From the NCBI GenBank assembly GCA_965206645.1, contig CBDBKE010000004.1, positions 896,001-960,000 of the forward strand: a DNA stretch of 64,000 bases, read 5' to 3'. This DNA is from Terriglobia bacterium (GTDB taxonomy: Bacteria > Acidobacteriota > Terriglobia > JAJPHL01 > JAPKYU01). This document shows, in pieces, positions 30,972 to 41,299 of the stretch; within the stretch, counting starts at the first letter, position 1, and each line of letters opens with the position of its first letter. The notes beneath the pieces were generated by a model. That model saw nothing but the letters and a program-made list of their open reading frames with translations. It had not been told where the DNA came from and did not search any database. The translations under genes and the position numbers were made by a program.

Positions 30972-31086
30972 GCGGAGATTTCAATCTGCCCCGGTCCAAC
31001 CAGCCCTGCCACCTGCCCAGCCAAGCTACCTGCATGACAGCGCGGACCGACGGCTCGGCCTTGAAGTACTCGGTGTAGACCCGGAT
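30972..31086 (-). pseudogene. C-terminal remnant of a RidA/YjgF family gene
   Basis: Minus strand reads RVYTEYFKAEPSVRAVMQVA, then after a short duplication QVAGLVGPGQIEISA, matching the RidA C-terminal pattern (VY..YF...P.R..VQVA.L....VEI). Confidence 0.5.
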
Positions 31087-31217
31087 TCCTCAGAGGAATC
31101 GCGGCAGCTATCCGATTCGGCAAAGGCCCGCGAGTTACATAAGCAGAACTACTCCCGGCGCGGCCGACATCACAAAGGCCACAACAGAGTGCTATACTCG
31201 TCGAAGGCCTATCTGAA

Positions 31218-31901
31218 ATGCGCTTCGTCATCGCTTTCTTGCTGCTGTTGGTGCCCGCTTCGGCACAAGACGTCATCCAAGCACGGTTCTGGGAAAAAGA
31301 GGCGATGCCGGGTGCGCGTCCGAACAAGGGCATGTGGAAGAAGGCGCGGCCCGTCGTTTTCCAGCAAGATTGGAGGGGAGACACGCTGGTGGGTCACAAA
31401 ACCACTGTCCGCGCTCTGTGGACGGCCGACGATCTGTGGCTGCTGTTCCAGTGCGACTTCGACAGCGTGACCATCGGCCCGAACCCGCGGACAACCAAAG
31501 AAACCGAGCAGCTGTCGACCAGCTCCGACGTAGCCCTGGCCCTCATCGCACCCAACCCCGGCGACCTGCTTCGCTACAAGACGTTCCAGGTGAGCCCGGT
31601 GGGGGAGTGGGTCGACGTGCACGTTGACCGCGAAACCAACAACTACGATACGACCTGGAACTCCGGAATTCGCAGCGTAGCACGCATTGACTCGGCCAAG
31701 CACACCTGGTGGGCGGAGCTGACCATCCCCTTGAAGGCTTTTGAAGTTCCCCCGCCTACGGATGGAACGCGGTGGCGGTTGAATTTCTTCCGCATCGAGC
31801 ACGGCCCGCCGCGCCGCTCAATCGCCTGGAAGCCCACCTACACCTCGAAACCGAATTTTCACGTCCCACAAGTCTTCGGGTGGCTGTTGTTCCGCCAGTA
31901 A
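31218..31901 (+). CDS. Secreted CBM9/DOMON-like carbohydrate-binding protein
   Basis: Signal peptide; TTVRALW...LWLLFQC, WWAELTIP, WRLNFFRIE, FHVPQVFG. Confidence 0.75.
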   Translation: MRFVIAFLLLLVPASAQDVIQARFWEKEAMPGARPNKGMWKKARPVVFQQDWRGDTLVGHKTTVRALWTADDLWLLFQCDFDSVTIGPNPRTTKETEQLSTSSDVALALIAPNPGDLLRYKTFQVSPVGEWVDVHVDRETNNYDTTWNSGIRSVARIDSAKHTWWAELTIPLKAFEVPPPTDGTRWRLNFFRIEHGPPRRSIAWKPTYTSKPNFHVPQVFGWLLFRQ

Positions 31902-32029
31902 CGTCCCGGAAGCGAAGAAAATCAAACAGGGGCTCATCGTCCCCAGATTGCGCAGAGCCAAACCTCCGGACCAGCAAAATCGGCGAGGCCTGTGGACAGA
32001 CATTTTTTCGCCGCCGCGGGGGAAGAATG

Positions 32030-33928
32030 CTAGGGCTGCCAATCGGCAATAAAAATGTTGAATTCGTAACGCTCGCGGGCGTTGCGGTCCGACACAAACA
32101 GTAGCTTCTTGCCATCTGGGGAAAACACCGGGAAGGAATTGAAGCCGCCTGAGTGGGTCACCTGCTCCAGACCGCTGCCATCCGTGTTCACCAGAAACAG
32201 CTCGAAAAACCGGCTGTCGCAGCGGTTTTTGTTGGAAGAGAAGATGATGTTGCGGCCGTCGGGGGTGAAGAACGGGGCAAAGCTGGCGCAGCCGAATGAA
32301 GTGATTTGGTGCGGGTTCAGGCCGTCGGCATCGGCCACGAACAATTCCATCTTCATGGGAGCGGTGAGGTTCCGGTCCAGCAGGCTGCGGTAGTCGGCCA
32401 GGGCAGAGGTGCCGGCGGGATGGTGGGCGCGCCAGACGAGCCTGGTTCCGTCCGGCGAATAGAAGGCGCCCCCATCGTAGCCCGGCTTGTGCGTCAGTCG
32501 CTTCACCTGCTTCCCGGCCAGGTCCATCGAGTACATGTTCAGGTCGCCCTCGCGCAGCGCCGTCCAGACGATCCTGCCAGTGCCCCAGCTCACCGTGGCC
32601 TCGGCATCGTAGCCAGGCTGGTCGGTCAGCTTGCGAACGATTTTCCCGTTATCGCGGGCCAGGTAGATGTCGTAGCCGGGATAGATCGGCCAGACGTAGC
32701 CGCGACTGCGGTCGGGCCGCGGGGGACACTCGGTGCTGGCCTCGTGGGTGGAGGCGTAGAGGAAGTGCTTGCCGTCGGGCAGAAAGTAGCCGCAGGTGGT
32801 GCGCCCCTTGCCGGTCGAGACCATGCGCACGTCGGACCCGTCCGTGTTCATGATGAAGATCTGGTCGCACTTCAGGCCGTCGCGGGTGGCCTGGAAAATG
32901 ATCTGTTTGCCGTCGGGCGAAAAATAAGCTTCCGCGTTCTGGCCGCCGAAGGTGAGCTGGCGGATGTTCTTTAAATGGCGCTCGCCGGGTAGCGCCAACG
33001 ACTGAGCGGGCCGCTGGCCAGCTGCGGCGACCTCCTCAGCAGAAGCTGGCGCGGAACCCGGGTGCACGAGGACTCCAGAGTCAACGGTTTCGCCAGTCCT
33101 CGAAACCGCCTGGAAATGCAGTTTGTCGCCCGCGATTTCCACCAGCAGGAAATGACGGTCCGTGTCGAATGCTTCGGCAGTCCAGTAGGTCCTGCGGACG
33201 TTCCTCTTGCGCAATTTTCCGGCTGCTCCACTAACAAAGTAATAAATGCCATTCTGGGGCTTGAGCCGCTCGTAGACATGATCGTGTCCGGCAAAGACGA
33301 CATTGACCCCGTACTTCACGAAAAGCGGTTCCAGTTTTCGGCGCAGCTTCATTGAGGAGCCGTGCCTTTTCCCGGATGAATAAATCGGGTTGTGGAAGAA
33401 GCAAATTTCCCACCGACTGTCAGAGCTGCGCAGCGCCTCTTCCAGCCAGCTCAGCTGGGCGCGGTCCATGCGAGTGCTGTCGAGCGCAAAGAGTTGGACT
33501 TGCGGCGCGGGCCGAAATGCGTAAAACCGTTTTCGGTCCATGTTGAACAGGGAATAAAAACGCTGTTTGGGATTGTCGTGATTACCCAGCGCAGCGTAAA
33601 ACTTGACATCGGCATCCAAAAGCGGCTTGTAGGGCAGTTCAAATTTCTTTTTATAATCGCCCGGACCTTCTCTCCCGTACAGGTTGTCTCCAAGCATCAA
33701 GACCAGCTCGAAAGAAGATTTCCGGTGAAACAGCGCTAGCTGCTCGGCCACCTCATATTGAGCTCGCTTGCCCGTACCAGCGTCGCCGATGACTGCGAAG
33801 CGCAGCGAGCCTTCCTGGAGGGGAAGCCGCAGCTCCTGGGCCGGCAGCAGGCTCGACAGCAGGAATAATACGAAGGCGGAGAGGATGCGGGGCACGTTCG
33901 CTCTGGGAGCCAGAACTTCAACGACCAT
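32030..33928 (-). CDS. Secreted metallophosphoesterase fused to a TolB-like (PD40) beta-propeller
   Basis: N half: IGDAG, GDNLY, GNHD, AGHDH. C half: AYFSPDG, AFYSPDG, PFFTPDG, PVFSPDG repeats. Confidence 0.88.
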   Translation of the reverse strand: MVVEVLAPRANVPRILSAFVLFLLSSLLPAQELRLPLQEGSLRFAVIGDAGTGKRAQYEVAEQLALFHRKSSFELVLMLGDNLYGREGPGDYKKKFELPYKPLLDADVKFYAALGNHDNPKQRFYSLFNMDRKRFYAFRPAPQVQLFALDSTRMDRAQLSWLEEALRSSDSRWEICFFHNPIYSSGKRHGSSMKLRRKLEPLFVKYGVNVVFAGHDHVYERLKPQNGIYYFVSGAAGKLRKRNVRRTYWTAEAFDTDRHFLLVEIAGDKLHFQAVSRTGETVDSGVLVHPGSAPASAEEVAAAGQRPAQSLALPGERHLKNIRQLTFGGQNAEAYFSPDGKQIIFQATRDGLKCDQIFIMNTDGSDVRMVSTGKGRTTCGYFLPDGKHFLYASTHEASTECPPRPDRSRGYVWPIYPGYDIYLARDNGKIVRKLTDQPGYDAEATVSWGTGRIVWTALREGDLNMYSMDLAGKQVKRLTHKPGYDGGAFYSPDGTRLVWRAHHPAGTSALADYRSLLDRNLTAPMKMELFVADADGLNPHQITSFGCASFAPFFTPDGRNIIFSSNKNRCDSRFFELFLVNTDGSGLEQVTHSGGFNSFPVFSPDGKKLLFVSDRNARERYEFNIFIADWQP

Positions 33929-34328
33929 TGTATATGCATGGCGACCCGGATGGGCACCGGACGACCCGGGTCGTGATGCGCGTTTCCTCCTTCTTCCGGC
34001 TGATCACTGAGATGTCTCAGAGGGAACAGGAGTTACAAGACTTTTCAAACTCGACTGTTCCCCTCGCCTGAAACCTATTCCGTCTGGCGTGCATCTGAGT
34101 TTACAGGGCCAGAACAGTTCCCGGCGGCTCGCATCGAGCAGGACGCCGGGAGAAACCGGACTGGACCTAGACCTGGGAGGAGCGGAGAAATGATTGCGAT
34201 AGCGATGGTAGCAATTTGGGTTGGCTTTGGCCTCACCGTCTACTGGTTCCGCCAGCAAACCGAGCATCACGGCCGCGTGCTGCGGTTGCTCCCCAGCGGT
34301 CGGAAGCGCAGATGAAGCGACCGGGAAA

Positions 34329-34586
34329 ATGCTGGGAGCGACACTGAAACAAATCAAGTCGAAGCCGTGCGGCGGCAAGTGGGTTGTGATCGCCCTGCTG
34401 CTGGCAGCACTGGCCCTGCTTTTAAGTGTGAACCAGCACCAATCGCGGACTCTGGAGCGCCAGCGCGCAACTATTCGGAAGGTGCTGGACCAACGCCGGA
34501 AGGTGCTGGACCAACGGGAGGGTGGCCAGATCCTGGTCCCAGGGCCGCCGCCCGTGCTTCGGCGCATCGCTTCTCCTCGCACGTGA
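34329..34586 (+). CDS. Small single-TM hypothetical protein
   Basis: WVVIALLLAALALLLSV followed by a coiled-coil-like stretch with a 21-bp duplication (RKVLDQR x2). Confidence 0.4.
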   Translation: MLGATLKQIKSKPCGGKWVVIALLLAALALLLSVNQHQSRTLERQRATIRKVLDQRRKVLDQREGGQILVPGPPPVLRRIASPRT

Positions 34587-34781
34587 CGCCTTTCCCCCAC
34601 GAATCTTGCCACAGCCCCGCTCTCAGCGCGGGAGCTTGTACGCTCCCAGATCGTCAACCGGGCGGCCACCACGGAGTGCGTGATCCTGCCACGGCCACGG
34701 GCTGCAGGTTGACCCCTCAGGTCGACCCCTGCAGTTTGATCTCTTAAAGATATACTGGACAGAGCAGAAGCGAGCTGCACC

Positions 34782-35213
34782 ATGAAGGCTCTGTTTCTTT
34801 GCACCAGCAATTCGGCGCGCAGCCAGATGGCCGAGGGACTCCTACGGATGCTCGGACCGGCCGACTGGCAGGTCTACAGCGCCGGGACGCGACCCGTGGG
34901 CTTGAATCCGCACGCGGTCGCCGTGATGGCCGAGTTGGGCCGGGACATTTCCAGCCAGCGCTCCAAAGGAGTGGCCGAGGTGCCGGCCGATCCGGATCTG
35001 GCCATAACCGTCTGCGATAATGCCGCGCGCGAGTGCCCCGTGTTTCCGGGCAACGTGCGCCGGCTGCACTGGCCGGTGGACGACCCGGCTGCCAGTACGG
35101 GATCGCCCGAACAGGTGCGGCAGGCTTTCCGACGCGCCCGTGATGAACTGCGCGGTCAGATCCTGGAATTGCTCCGCGACATTCCCAAAAAAGAAAGAAC
35201 CAGCACCGCCTGA
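34782..35213 (+). CDS. arsC: Thioredoxin-coupled arsenate reductase (LMW-PTP fold)
   Basis: P-loop CTSNSARSQMAEG, redox pair TVCDNAARECP, HWPVDDP. Confidence 0.85.
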   Translation: MKALFLCTSNSARSQMAEGLLRMLGPADWQVYSAGTRPVGLNPHAVAVMAELGRDISSQRSKGVAEVPADPDLAITVCDNAARECPVFPGNVRRLHWPVDDPAASTGSPEQVRQAFRRARDELRGQILELLRDIPKKERTSTA

Positions 35214-35276
35214 GCGAGCATGAACACGGATTCATTGCGCACATCCGCCCTTCGTTGCTAGAGTAAAAGGCCCTGG

Positions 35277-37112
35277 ATGGCAGCCGAAACGCTTACCTCT
35301 GCCTTGCGGACGATCAACGACATCATCTTGCTGATCGCCGGGCGCGAATTTCGCGAGACGCTGCGGCACAAACCTGCGGGCGCCTGGGTCTCGATCCAGG
35401 CGCGCGAAATGTTCCGCCAGGTAGTGTGGCTGGCCCGAGGACTGGAACGGCTGGGTGTCGTGCCTGGCGACTGTGTGGCGTTGCTGTCGGACAACCGGCC
35501 GGAATGGGCGGTGGCCGATTTTGGCATCCTGGGCCGCGGCGGCGTCACGGTCCCGCTTTATCCCACCCTGCCGGCGCACTCTTGCGAGTACATCCTTCAG
35601 GATTCGGGCGCCTGCGGCATCGTGGTCTCCAACAAAGCCCAGCTGGAAAAGATTTGCAGTGTTTGGGACCGGCTGCCGCGGCTGCGTTGGGCCGTCGCGA
35701 TGGAAGGGGTGCCCGTCAGCGCCGCCCCCTTCCGCCCATTTTCGGACGATGCCGACGAGAAACGCCAGCTGGCCTGGCGAGATCTGGTCGGGGACGCGGC
35801 GCTGGCTTCGGCGGAAGGGGCGCGATTCGCGAAGACGGCTCGAGCGGTGCGCCCGGAAGACCTTGCCAGCATCATCTACACCTCGGGTACCACCGGCACA
35901 CCCAAGGGAGTGATGCTCACCCACGCCAATATCGTCTCCAACGTGCTGGCTTCGGCGAACCTGTTTCAGCCCGATGACTTGGCCCTATCGTTCCTGCCGC
36001 TGGCCCACATTTATGAACGGATGGTGGATTACACCTACCTGTACAACGATGTGCCCATTGCCTACGCGGAAAGCATCGAGGCAGTGTCCCAGAATTTGCT
36101 GGAGGTGCGCCCGACGGTGCTGGCCGCCGTTCCACGCTTTTTTGAGAAGATGCACGGTCGTGTGATGGATGCCGTGCGCCAGGCGCCAGCGCCACGGCGC
36201 TGGCTGTTCCGGTGGGCCGTGGGTGTCGGGCAGCAGGCCCTGCGCCGCCGCGTGGCCGACCAGCAGTTACCCACCGGCCTGTCGCTGCGCCACGCTTTGG
36301 CTGAGCGGCTGGTGTTCGGTCGCTTGCGTGCCCGGCTCGGCGGCCGCATCCGTTTCTTTCTCTCCGGCAGCGCTCCGCTGTCGCCAGCGCTGTCGGAATT
36401 CTTCAATGCTGCCGGCGTGACGGTCTGCGAGGGCTACGGCCTGACAGAAACCTCACCGGTGGTGGCCACCAATGTTCCCGGGCGGAACCGCCCAGGAACA
36501 GTGGGCAGGCCCCTAGCTGGGGTTGAGGTGCGGATCGCCGAGGACGGCGAAATTCTGGTGCGGGGGCCGAACGTGATGAAGGGCTACTATAATCAGCCGG
36601 AGGAAACCACGCAGGTCCTGAAGGACGGATGGTTTCACACCGGCGATATTGGCGAACTCACCTCCGAGGGCGACCTGCGCATCACCGACCGCAAGAAGGA
36701 CCTGTTCAAAACCGCAGGTGGCAAGTACGTCGCGCCTCAGCCCATCGAGAACCGGATGCGGGCTTGTCCGTATCTTCTCAATGCGGTGCTGGTGGGCGAC
36801 CGGCGTCCTTACGTGGTGGCCCTGCTGGTGCCCGACTTCGACAAGCTGGCGGAATTCGCCCGGCAGCGCGGCCTGCCTTGCAGCTCCCCCGGCGAGCTGG
36901 CGCGCCACGAGCAGGTGCACGCGCTGCTGCAACGGGAAGTGGACGCGGTAAACGCCGAGCTCGCTCGCTTTGAGCAGATCAAGCGTTTTGTCGTGCTGGA
37001 GCGCGATTTCTCGATCGAGTCCGGGGAACTGACGCCAACGATGAAAGTCCGCCGCCGGGTGGTGGTACAGCAATATCGCGACGCGGTGGAATCGCTTTAC
37101 GGCGAAACATGA
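35277..37112 (+). CDS. Long-chain fatty acid--CoA ligase
   Basis: YTSGTTGTPKG, GYGLTE, GWFHTGDIG, ELTPTMKVRR. Confidence 0.93.
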   Translation: MAAETLTSALRTINDIILLIAGREFRETLRHKPAGAWVSIQAREMFRQVVWLARGLERLGVVPGDCVALLSDNRPEWAVADFGILGRGGVTVPLYPTLPAHSCEYILQDSGACGIVVSNKAQLEKICSVWDRLPRLRWAVAMEGVPVSAAPFRPFSDDADEKRQLAWRDLVGDAALASAEGARFAKTARAVRPEDLASIIYTSGTTGTPKGVMLTHANIVSNVLASANLFQPDDLALSFLPLAHIYERMVDYTYLYNDVPIAYAESIEAVSQNLLEVRPTVLAAVPRFFEKMHGRVMDAVRQAPAPRRWLFRWAVGVGQQALRRRVADQQLPTGLSLRHALAERLVFGRLRARLGGRIRFFLSGSAPLSPALSEFFNAAGVTVCEGYGLTETSPVVATNVPGRNRPGTVGRPLAGVEVRIAEDGEILVRGPNVMKGYYNQPEETTQVLKDGWFHTGDIGELTSEGDLRITDRKKDLFKTAGGKYVAPQPIENRMRACPYLLNAVLVGDRRPYVVALLVPDFDKLAEFARQRGLPCSSPGELARHEQVHALLQREVDAVNAELARFEQIKRFVVLERDFSIESGELTPTMKVRRRVVVQQYRDAVESLYGET

Positions 37113-38077
37113 TCGAACGACTGCTGGACCTGCCGCTGTATCGGCTAGAGCTGCCCACTCCGTTTCCGGTGGGCCCGGTGAACGTGTACCTGGTGACCGA
37201 GCCGGAAGCGGTGCTGGTGGATACCGGTCCCGGGATGCAGGAAACCCTGGACTTGTTGGAGAAGCTGCTGAGCGAGGCTGGCTTGCGCCTGGAGCAGTTG
37301 AGGAAGATCGTGGTGACCCACGGGCACGTGGATCACTACGGACTGGCCCGGACGGTGGTTGGCCGCTCCGGCGCGCCCCTCTATGCAAGTCCCCGGGACG
37401 GCTTGTATTTCAGCCACCATCAGGAACGGTTGGACGACTTCTACCGCTCCATGCTGGAGCAGGCCGGCACACGAGAGTCGGCGCAGCGCGTCATGTGGGA
37501 GAGAATCACGGCGCTGCGTGGCCTGGCCGAGCCGCTGGAGAAGTATCAGCCTATTGAGCAACTGGGCTCCTTACCATGCGGCTCGGTGGCATTTCAGCCA
37601 GTGTCCAGCCCGGGGCACACACCGGGCAGCTTTTGTTTCTTTGAGCCATCCCAGCGCGTTCTGCTCTCTTCCGACACCGTGTTACGGAACATCACTCCCA
37701 ATCCCATGCTCAGCCTGGACCGGACCTCGCCCCGGCTGCGGTTCCCCGCTTTGGGGGCGTATCTGGAGAGTCTCCAGCGAATCCGCCAACTGAATCCGGC
37801 TGTTATCTACACCGGGCACGGAGAGCCAGTGACGAACTACCCGGAATGGCACGATCAACTGGTCCATCACCATGAAAAGCGCAAGGGCCGTCTCCTCGAA
37901 TGCCTGCGGCATAAGCAACAAACGGTTTTTGAGCTATCCGCCTGTCTATTCCCACAGGCGCGCACTTCTTCGATGTTCCTGGCCATCTCGGAAGTATTCG
38001 CCCACCTGGACCTGATGGAGGACGCCGGCCAGGTGCGCAAGCGTTTGGACGGCCCCGTGGCCATGTACTGGGTCTAA
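37109..38077 (+). CDS. MBL-fold metallo-hydrolase
   Basis: THGHVDHYG, PGHT, TGHG; overlaps the acyl-CoA ligase stop (ATGA). Confidence 0.9.
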   Translation: MIERLLDLPLYRLELPTPFPVGPVNVYLVTEPEAVLVDTGPGMQETLDLLEKLLSEAGLRLEQLRKIVVTHGHVDHYGLARTVVGRSGAPLYASPRDGLYFSHHQERLDDFYRSMLEQAGTRESAQRVMWERITALRGLAEPLEKYQPIEQLGSLPCGSVAFQPVSSPGHTPGSFCFFEPSQRVLLSSDTVLRNITPNPMLSLDRTSPRLRFPALGAYLESLQRIRQLNPAVIYTGHGEPVTNYPEWHDQLVHHHEKRKGRLLECLRHKQQTVFELSACLFPQARTSSMFLAISEVFAHLDLMEDAGQVRKRLDGPVAMYWV

Positions 38078-38085
38078 CTGCTGCT

Positions 38086-39090
38086 ATGTCGCATCGCGTT
38101 ACCTTGATTCCTGGCGACGGCATTGGCTCGGAAGTCTCCGCGGCCACGGTGCGTCTGGTGGAGGCCACCGGGGTGCGGGTGGAGTGGGAAACCATCAAGG
38201 CGGGGGCGGACGCGTTGTCCGAGTACGGCACCTTCCTGCCGGACTCGCTGCTGGAGTCACTGCGCCGCAACGGGGTGGGGCTGAAGGGGCCCATCAGCAC
38301 GCCCATCGGCGGCGGTTTCTCCAGCATCAACGTAGCGCTGCGCAAGGCGCTGGACCTGTACGCGAACTTCCGGCCCGTGCGCAACCTGCCGGGGCTGGCC
38401 ACCCGCTTCGGAGACGTGGACCTGGTCATCTTCCGCGAGAATACCGAGGGCCTGTACTCCGGGCTGGAACACGAGGTGATCCCCGGGGTAGTCGAGAGTT
38501 TGAAGATCATCACCGAGCGCGCTTCCACCCGGATTTCCCGCTACGCGTTCGAATACGCCCGCCGCGTGGGGAGGAAGAAAATCTCCTGCATCCACAAGGC
38601 CAACATCATGAAGCTGAGCGACGGGCTGTTCCTGCAATCGAGCCGGGCCGTGGCCCGCCAGTATCCCGACATCGTCTACGACGAGCTGATCGTGGACAAC
38701 ACCTGCATGCAGCTGGTGATGAATCCCCACCAGTTCGACACGCTCCTGCTGGAAAACCTATACGGCGACATCATCTCCGACCTCTGCGCCGGGCTGGTTG
38801 GAGGCCTGGGATTGGTGCCGGGCGCCAACCTGGGCGACCACAGGGCAATCTTCGAGGCGGTGCATGGCAGCGCCCCCGACATCGCCGGCAAGAACGCGGC
38901 CAATCCCACCGCCATGATGCTCTCGGCGGTGCTGATGCTCCGGCACCTGGGCGAGCAAGAGGCCGCCGACCGCGCCGAACGCGCCATCCATACTGTGTAT
39001 GCGGAAGGTCGCGCATTGACCCGCGAGGTGGGCGGGCAGGCCTCCACATCCCAATTTACTGAGGCCGTGCTGCAGGCTCTCGAGCGCTGA
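38086..39090 (+). CDS. Isocitrate/isopropylmalate dehydrogenase family protein (probable NAD-dependent IDH)
   Basis: PGDGIG, RENTEGLY, HKANIMKLSDG, NLYGDIISD, EAVHGSAPDIAG. Confidence 0.92.
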   Translation: MSHRVTLIPGDGIGSEVSAATVRLVEATGVRVEWETIKAGADALSEYGTFLPDSLLESLRRNGVGLKGPISTPIGGGFSSINVALRKALDLYANFRPVRNLPGLATRFGDVDLVIFRENTEGLYSGLEHEVIPGVVESLKIITERASTRISRYAFEYARRVGRKKISCIHKANIMKLSDGLFLQSSRAVARQYPDIVYDELIVDNTCMQLVMNPHQFDTLLLENLYGDIISDLCAGLVGGLGLVPGANLGDHRAIFEAVHGSAPDIAGKNAANPTAMMLSAVLMLRHLGEQEAADRAERAIHTVYAEGRALTREVGGQASTSQFTEAVLQALER

Positions 39091-39431
39091 TCCGGTTGGC
39101 AAGCGCGATTCCGGATTTCCTCCAGGGATTCCGTCCAAACCGCAGCGTCCCCGAAGGGCTTGCACGATCGGATGGCGCGGGGCTACCATGCTCAATAACC
39201 CTCGGGGCACGATGCGATCTACGTCGCAAACCAGGTGCGCCTGCCAGCAGCCTAGCGCCTACGGGAGTGAGTGAACGCGGTGGCCCGATCCCGTTGCCGT
39301 TCCAGCATAGAAGCAGAGAGTCTCACCGGCGAGTGTCATTGCCGAGCCGATTTGGAATCTAAATTGACACTCTGCTTTACGCTGTGGCTTAATCGGAAAG
39401 CAAGCCGAGATTTTGTCCCCAGGGAGCAGCT

Positions 39432-40565
39432 ATGCATATCGACGAGTTGTTGCGAATGGCAGTGGAGCGCAAGGCCAGCGACCTGCACCTGAAGGTCGGC
39501 AACCACCCCTACCTGCGGATTGACGGGCAACTGGCGCCGCTGAGCGATATCCCGCGACTCACTGCCGAGGACATGTTGAACATGGCCTTCAGCATGATGT
39601 CCAACCGGCAGAAGCAGAAGTTCAAAGAGACGGCCGAGCTGGACATGGCCTACGGGGTAGCCGGGCTGGGCCGCTTTCGAGTGAACGTGTTTCAGCAGCG
39701 GGGCAACCTGGGGCTGGTGCTGCGGGTGGTGCCCACCAAGATCCGCACGGTCGAGGAGTTGAACATGCCCCGCATCGTGGGATTGATCTGCAACGAGCGA
39801 CGGGGGCTGGTGCTGGTGACCGGCACGACCGGCAGCGGCAAGTCCACCACTTTGGCGTCCATGATTGACCGCATCAATTCCTCGCGCACCGACCACATCA
39901 TCACCATCGAGGACCCGATCGAATACCTGCACCGGGACAAGAAGGGGTTCGTCAACCAGCGCGAAGTGGAGGTGGACACGCACAACTTCTCGGCCGCTTT
40001 GCGGGCTGCCTTGCGGCAGGACCCGGACGTGATTCTGGTGGGCGAAATGCGCGACCTGGAAACTATCGGCACCGCCCTGTTGGCCGCCGAAACCGGCCAT
40101 TTGGTTTTCTCTACCTTGCACACCCTGGACGCCGCTGAGACCATCCAGCGCATCATTGCCGTCTTTCCGCCCCCGGAGCAGAAGCAGATCCGTTTGCAGC
40201 TAGCTAGCACGCTGAAGGCCGTGGTTTCGCAGCGGCTGGTACGGAAGGCGGATGATATCGGGCGGGTCCCCGCAGTTGAAGTGCTGATCACCACCGCCTT
40301 TGTTCGCGACTGTCTCGTCAACCCGGACAAGACCCGGATGATCAGGGAGGCGATCGCTACCGGCACCTCTCAGTACGGCATGCAGACGTTCGACCAGTCG
40401 CTCTACGACCTCTACACCCAGGGACTGGTCACCTACGAGGAATGCCTGGCTCAGGCGAGCAACCCGGACGAGTTCAAACTGCGCGTCCAGGGCATCAGCT
40501 CCACGGCCGATGTGGCCCGCGACCAGATGCAGGCGGCCATCGGCGGCGCGGACTACCAGCGGTAG
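39432..40565 (+). CDS. pilT: Type IV pilus retraction ATPase
   Basis: ASDLHL, GTTGSGKST, TIEDPIE, LRQDPD, GEMRD, TGHLVFSTLHT, GMQTFDQ. Confidence 0.92.
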   Translation: MHIDELLRMAVERKASDLHLKVGNHPYLRIDGQLAPLSDIPRLTAEDMLNMAFSMMSNRQKQKFKETAELDMAYGVAGLGRFRVNVFQQRGNLGLVLRVVPTKIRTVEELNMPRIVGLICNERRGLVLVTGTTGSGKSTTLASMIDRINSSRTDHIITIEDPIEYLHRDKKGFVNQREVEVDTHNFSAALRAALRQDPDVILVGEMRDLETIGTALLAAETGHLVFSTLHTLDAAETIQRIIAVFPPPEQKQIRLQLASTLKAVVSQRLVRKADDIGRVPAVEVLITTAFVRDCLVNPDKTRMIREAIATGTSQYGMQTFDQSLYDLYTQGLVTYEECLAQASNPDEFKLRVQGISSTADVARDQMQAAIGGADYQR

Positions 40566-40708
40566 ACTCCAATCTCCAGTCCTGCGGCTTCGGGCGTGCT
40601 GGAGGGCCAACACTCCGCCGGGCGTGGAGCCCTTCTTCTGCATTCTGATAACCTGCCCATGCCCCTGCTAACGCCATGGGCCGCACCCAAAAAGGATAGA
40701 ATCTCTCC

Positions 40709-41299
40709 ATGAGTGGCGGGCGACGGGCGGGAAAGCCGCGAGCCCCAAAGCGCCTGGCGGAGGAAGAGCTGTATTGGCACGCGGTGAAGCAACTGGCGGT
40801 GCGGGCGCGTTCGGTGGCCGAACTCCGCCGCCTGCTGGAGCGCCGCGCCCTGCGCCGGCAGGACGTGCCGACGGTGCTGGCCCGCGTGAAGAAGCGCGGC
40901 TATCTGAACGACGAGCGCTTTGCCGAAACCTTCGCTGCGGCCCGGCTGGAAAACCAGCGCCTGGGCAGGCTGCGCGTGATCCATGACTTGCGTCTGCGCC
41001 TGGTGGCCCCGGAAGTGGCCCAGAGCGCGGTCTGCAGCGCTTACCAAGGAGTGGACGAAGCCCACCTACTGCGGCAGCACTTGGCCCGCCGACTGCGCTC
41101 CGACCGGCTGGGTCATAGTGGCCTTCGCCAGAACCCCCGGCCACTCGAAAACCCCCAGAAGCTAGCTTCCCTCTACCGCGCTCTGCGCCGTGCCGGCTTC
41201 GCCCACGGTGCCGTCCTGACAGAGCTGCGGCGACTCCAGGCCAACCCCGAACTGCTGGAACATCTGGAGGAGCAGAGTGACAGCCATGAGGAAGACTGA
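40709..41299 (+). CDS. recX: Regulatory protein RecX
   Basis: LAVRARSVAELRRLL..GYLNDERFA..G..RV..L..ALRRAGF; upstream of alaS. Confidence 0.85.
   Translation: MSGGRRAGKPRAPKRLAEEELYWHAVKQLAVRARSVAELRRLLERRALRRQDVPTVLARVKKRGYLNDERFAETFAAARLENQRLGRLRVIHDLRLRLVAPEVAQSAVCSAYQGVDEAHLLRQHLARRLRSDRLGHSGLRQNPRPLENPQKLASLYRALRRAGFAHGAVLTELRRLQANPELLEHLEEQSDSHEED

Noticed and set aside
33930-34780. Riboswitch or ncRNA in the long gap upstream of arsC
   Set aside because: Only a generic hairpin near 34019-34066 was seen; no recognisable aptamer consensus. An Rfam scan would be needed.
34782-35213. Arsenic resistance operon
   Set aside because: arsC stands alone; no arsR, acr3 or arsB is adjacent.
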